Below, in pieces: positions 60,831 to 64,000 of a DNA stretch of 64,000 nt. The number at the start of each line of letters is the position of its first letter. The stretch's first letter is position 1. A program made the position numbers and the translations under genes. Below the pieces are notes generated by a model that saw nothing but the letters and a program-made list of their open reading frames with translations, was not told the origin of the DNA and made no database searches. Source of the stretch: an uncultured Spirochaetota bacterium (GTDB lineage Bacteria; Spirochaetota; Spirochaetia; DSM-27196; DATKUC01); NCBI GenBank assembly GCA_963832675.1, contig CAWHUY010000023.1, positions 99,289 to 163,288 on the forward strand, given 5' to 3'.

Positions 60831-62060
60831 TCAATGCTGGCCGGGTTCGTGACGAATGGTTTCCAGACGAGCGGCAAGCGCGCGAAGAAAGAACCCCACG
60901 TCACTGACCACCCCTACGGCCTGACTCGATCCCCGATCCGCGAGTTTGGTTACCACAGCCGGATTGATGTCGATACAGACGGTTTTGACCCACGAGGGCA
61001 GCATATTGCCGGTGCCGATCGAGTGTAACATGGAAGAAAGCATGATGACCATGCCGGCTCCGGAAACGATCTGGGCGTACTGCCTCTGGGCCTCTATCAT
61101 GTCGTTCACCGTTTCCGGCAACGGACCGTCATCCCGAATTGAACCAGCCAGACAGTAGGGAACTCCGGCGGCAACGGTCTCGTACATAATGCCGCTGGTC
61201 AGGGCGCCGGCATCGATCGCGGCTTTTATGGAGCCATAGAATCTTACGCGATTTATCGCGCGCATGTGGTTCTTGTGTCCCTCGTGCGTCGGCCGCCCGG
61301 TCGTCAAACCGACGCCAAGCGATGTGCCGTAAAGTACTGACTCGATGTCGTGTACGGCAAGCGCGTTCCCGGCAAGCAATCCGTTTACATACCCGTTTCT
61401 GATCAGCCACTGGAGCGCGCTGCTGCCGCCGGTGTGAACCAGAACCGGGCCGGCGACGAAGACTACCTTCATGCCCGAAAGCCGGCTCTCCTCGAGCTCA
61501 TGTGCAACCTTGTCCACAATTACGTCTACGCTGCGCTCCGAGGAGACATCGTTCGTCATAAACCCGAAGAGATCCCCCTGCCGGTCCCGGAAGGGCGGAA
61601 AGACTCTGACCGATTCGGCGTTGCAGACAACGAGATCGCCAGTGTGAACGTCACGTACCTTTGTGCATACCGGACCGTTCTTGCCGAGGACGATCGCGGC
61701 GTCCATGCGCTGGGCAGCAACCGGACTCCACTCACCGTCCACAAACACTTCGGTTCTATGATTGGTGGTCGAATAAAAATCGTCGGGTACACACCCGTCG
61801 CGCGGCGCCGGTTTGAGGACAGCTTCGGGGGCGGTTTTTTCGTAGCAGCCGGCCTGGACGAGCTTCTGCGTCAGAACTTCAATCTGCTCCTCGTCCTTTG
61901 CGATAAGATCGAGCTCCATGGTGGAGTACTCTTCGTTCATCTTTCCGATGTCGAACGAGACTACTTTGTAATCAGCGCCTTCGCCGATGATGAGGTTGAA
62001 GATCGTAGTCATGATACCTGAATCGATCAGGTGACCGCTGGCGGTAAATCTACGTGTCAT
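60831..62060 (-). CDS. Possible LOR/SDH-domain (TIGR00300-like) protein; ornithine cyclodeaminase / arginine dihydrolase-like is a tentative guess
   Basis: 409 aa, soluble, with a Rossmann-like central segment (VVFVAGPVLVHTGG...). The assignment rests on overall length and pattern only. Confidence 0.4.
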   Translation of the reverse strand: MTRRFTASGHLIDSGIMTTIFNLIIGEGADYKVVSFDIGKMNEEYSTMELDLIAKDEEQIEVLTQKLVQAGCYEKTAPEAVLKPAPRDGCVPDDFYSTTNHRTEVFVDGEWSPVAAQRMDAAIVLGKNGPVCTKVRDVHTGDLVVCNAESVRVFPPFRDRQGDLFGFMTNDVSSERSVDVIVDKVAHELEESRLSGMKVVFVAGPVLVHTGGSSALQWLIRNGYVNGLLAGNALAVHDIESVLYGTSLGVGLTTGRPTHEGHKNHMRAINRVRFYGSIKAAIDAGALTSGIMYETVAAGVPYCLAGSIRDDGPLPETVNDMIEAQRQYAQIVSGAGMVIMLSSMLHSIGTGNMLPSWVKTVCIDINPAVVTKLADRGSSQAVGVVSDVGFFLRALAARLETIRHEPGQH

Positions 62061-62164
62061 AATCCTTTATTGGTATCTGAATTGCACCCGAATGTAAAGG
62101 TGCCGCAAGCGGTCGAACCGTGCCGCGGATTAGGTTGAACCGACTATTCCGCGATCGGCCAGGC

Positions 62165-62746
62165 TCAGGGAATCTCCGGGTAGATGACGATCTTTGATAC
62201 GATGTTATCGGTTACGGTGAGCTCTTTGTTCATTTGGGCCGACGAGTTCATTCCTGCAGTGTAAACATAGGAGCTCTTTTCGACAAAAGTCGGCTCACCG
62301 TATTTCGCGATCATTACCGATTTGAACATGCCGACGCGTAATCCGTCACTGACGGCGTATCGAGGATCCGATATGGTCGTAGCGACGAGAAGTTCCTGTT
62401 TCTTTGCCGCGGAGTAGTAGAAGAGAAAGGTAAACCCATCGTACTCGAGGGTGTAGCGCGTATCTTCCGTGTTCTTGTCGTAGGGACTCGTCACCGTTTT
62501 CGTTGTCACCTGTTTGGGCTCGCCCCATTTTTCGACGACCTGTTTGCGCGAAGTGGTTATCACAAAATCATCCGGGTAGCTGAAGGTAGCAATGACCGGG
62601 ATCTGGTCGAGCGGTTTACCGTTATACTCACCAACTGATGCGGCCGCACTTGCGCTGACAGGTCCGGAATCCTTGCGTCCGCCGCAACCGACTATGACCC
62701 CGAGAACGAGCACCACGACCGTCGCACTCGTGAATATTTTCCTCAT
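62165..62746 (-). CDS. Hypothetical lipoprotein
   Basis: MRKIFTSATVVVLVLGVIVGC has a lipobox VGC. No family recognised. Confidence 0.55.
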   Translation of the reverse strand: MRKIFTSATVVVLVLGVIVGCGGRKDSGPVSASAAASVGEYNGKPLDQIPVIATFSYPDDFVITTSRKQVVEKWGEPKQVTTKTVTSPYDKNTEDTRYTLEYDGFTFLFYYSAAKKQELLVATTISDPRYAVSDGLRVGMFKSVMIAKYGEPTFVEKSSYVYTAGMNSSAQMNKELTVTDNIVSKIVIYPEIP

Positions 62747-63061
62747 TTCAGCACCTGCGTTTCCCCGGCTCAAGGTTTCCCCTACATCGCAACTTCCCGG
62801 AACGGTTCTACCGATCTGTGATGGAGAGTCTCTGTGAATATCATACTACCGATGGTCGGGCACGGGAATCCCCGGATCGTGTGACGCGGGGGTGGCGAGC
62901 GTCGAAGCGGAAGAGGCATTCGAGAATGAAAACCACCGGAAACGCGTAGAGCGCGGCTGGGCATCTGAATCGACGCTCGCCGCCCTCGCCCGGCGCGTTT
63001 CCGCTTGTGCGAGGCCTGTTCCGGAAGGCCTTTCTGCGGATGCGCGGTCAGTTACGGTACC

Positions 63062-63134
63062 TGGAGGATAGGGGATTCGAACCCCTGACCTATAGATTGC
63101 GAACCTATCGCTCTACCAACTGAGCTAATCCCCC
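63062..63134 (-). tRNA. tRNA-Ala (anticodon CGC)
   Basis: The reverse complement folds as a cloverleaf: acceptor GGGGGAT/ATCCTCC with the G3:U70 Ala identity pair, D arm GCTC-AGTTGGTA-GAGC, anticodon loop TTCGCAA, T arm AGGGG-TTCGAAT-CCCCT, discriminator A. CCA is not encoded. Confidence 0.9.
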
Positions 63135-63214
63135 ATGAATAGGCGAAGTGTATTTTAGCGAGAAAACGCACGCGTGACAATCGGTTTGTCCAGTCGAACG
63201 ATCGCAACAGTACC

Positions 63215-64000
63215 CTACTCGAGCGTTATCGTGAGCCCTTCTCTTGCGAGGTCGATATCGAGTCCGTGTTCGGCGCCGCTGCGACGGTACTGCGCGAGAA
63301 GCCGAGTGAGGTCCTCATCGCTGCGTTCCGGATCATGATGGAAAAGCACGAGCCGCCGCGCATGGGAGGCAATTGCAGTCTCCACCGCGTCTTCGAGCGA
63401 GCTATGCCCCCATCCGACGCGCTGTTTCACGTACTCCTCGCGGGTGTACTGGGCGTCGTGAATGAGAAGGTCGGTTTCCCGAAAGAAGACGCGCAACCGG
63501 TCGTTTTCCGACTCGGCTGTCCGAGTTGCTTCGGCCGCTATCTCGGCGTCATAGTCCGGATCGGCCGGGTCACTGGGAAAAAGGTTGCGAAATGGCTCGG
63601 TATCGTACGCAGTGACCACCGAGCGCCCCTGGTATTCGAAACGATAGCTGAGACAGAGCACGGGGTGGTTCAGATATTTCGTCCGGACCGTCATGCCGTC
63701 GGGGAGATCGACGCTCTCCTCCCGCAGCTCGTGAAATTTCAGAGAGGCGGATAGTTCGCCGGAGTGCACCGGAAAGTACTGATAGCTCAACTGGTGTCCA
63801 ATCACCTTCCGAAGCGACTCATCCTCCCACGTGACCGGGCCATACAGATCGATCGAAGTGCCGTTCGTGTAGATTGGAGCGAAGAACGGGAACCCCATTA
63901 TGTGGTCCCAGTGTGTGTGCGTCAGAAAGAGAAACAGGTGAAGGGGTCTTAGCTCTCCGGCGGCGGCGCGGGTGCGGAGCAGCGTATCTCCAAGCTCCCG
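63215..64000 (-). CDS. MBL-fold metallo-hydrolase (partial; N terminus beyond the window)
   Basis: The HxHxDH motif (LFLTHTHWDHIMG) is read in frame upstream of the ORF-track Met. Conserved downstream His/Asp residues are present. Confidence 0.8.
   Translation of the reverse strand, partial: RELGDTLLRTRAAAGELRPLHLFLFLTHTHWDHIMGFPFFAPIYTNGTSIDLYGPVTWEDESLRKVIGHQLSYQYFPVHSGELSASLKFHELREESVDLPDGMTVRTKYLNHPVLCLSYRFEYQGRSVVTAYDTEPFRNLFPSDPADPDYDAEIAAEATRTAESENDRLRVFFRETDLLIHDAQYTREEYVKQRVGWGHSSLEDAVETAIASHARRLVLFHHDPERSDEDLTRLLAQYRRSGAEHGLDIDLAREGLTITLE

Noticed and set aside
63015-63050. Hairpin AGGCC-ttccggaaca-GGCCT downstream of the tRNA on the minus strand
   Set aside because: Only a 5-bp stem and no following U-run on either strand. 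Not a convincing intrinsic terminator.
63062-63214. tRNA-Ala as a possible genomic-island integration site
   Set aside because: No integrase, direct repeat of the tRNA 3' end, or compositional shift is visible on either side. The neighbours are an MBL hydrolase and a lipoprotein with native-looking composition.

Overview
GC-rich bacterial chromosomal segment with about 60 genes. No integrase, transposase or CRISPR array is visible. Note that the sequence contains at least five ORF-disrupting frameshifts or fusions (tktC/kinase, lolA-like, cdaR, dnaE2, and the whole 53.1-56.3 kb block), so indel-prone assembly and genuine gene decay cannot be separated from the sequence alone.

**0-13 kb.** A carbohydrate uptake and catabolism island. 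It carries a LacI-family repressor with two near-identical palindromic operators, one overlapping a good TTTACA-18-TATAAT promoter. There are two convergent ribose-type ABC transporters (ATPase, permease, binding protein), a third partial binding-protein gene, a DUF2291-like lipoprotein, a TIM-barrel sugar-phosphate isomerase/epimerase and an unknown 399-aa possible bicupin. An 8x perfect 19-bp tandem repeat sits in this island.

**12.8-18.5 kb.** A DeoR-regulated operon encodes a split transketolase (N and C subunits), an FGGY carbohydrate kinase and a FucI/AraA-like isomerase. The C subunit is fused in frame to the kinase with no stop codon. This looks like a non-canonical ketose-phosphate (pentose or branched-sugar) pathway.

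**18.5-26 kb.** Housekeeping and signalling genes: an OYE-family flavin reductase, HemW, a roughly 930-aa multi-PAS HisKA_2 sensor kinase, GAPDH with a clean rho-independent terminator, and a short KamA-family radical SAM enzyme.

**26-33 kb.** A YtrA-type GntR operon: SPFH protein, LolD-like ATPase, two FtsX permeases, a LolA-like lipoprotein-sorting gene broken by two frameshifts, and an outer-membrane beta-barrel protein. The GntR operator candidate lies upstream.

**33-41 kb.** A winged-helix regulator plus membrane protein module sits beside a perfect 27-bp palindrome. Next to it are two tandem paralogous TRAP (DctP) binding proteins with no DctQM partner. A glycerate module follows: GntP permease, TPR protein, glycerate 2-kinase and a frameshifted CdaR regulator.

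**41-50 kb.** An MFS transporter, a phosphodiester glycosidase, and an imuA-imuB-dnaE2 mutagenesis cassette. The dnaE2 gene is frameshifted at a CCGGCCC repeat.

**50-64 kb.** An EamA transporter, a DsrE-like protein, ThrH and a PAS-REC protein come first. A 3.2-kb block with no intact ORF follows; it carries remnants of a cNMP-binding domain and a PNP/nucleosidase-like domain. After it come a REC-HisKA_2 hybrid kinase, archaeal/eukaryal-type PheT and PheS, a possible LOR/SDH-family protein, a lipoprotein, tRNA-Ala(CGC) and a partial MBL-fold hydrolase.

The archaeal-type PheRS and the HisKA_2 kinases weakly suggest a Spirochaetota-like host. That is speculation.
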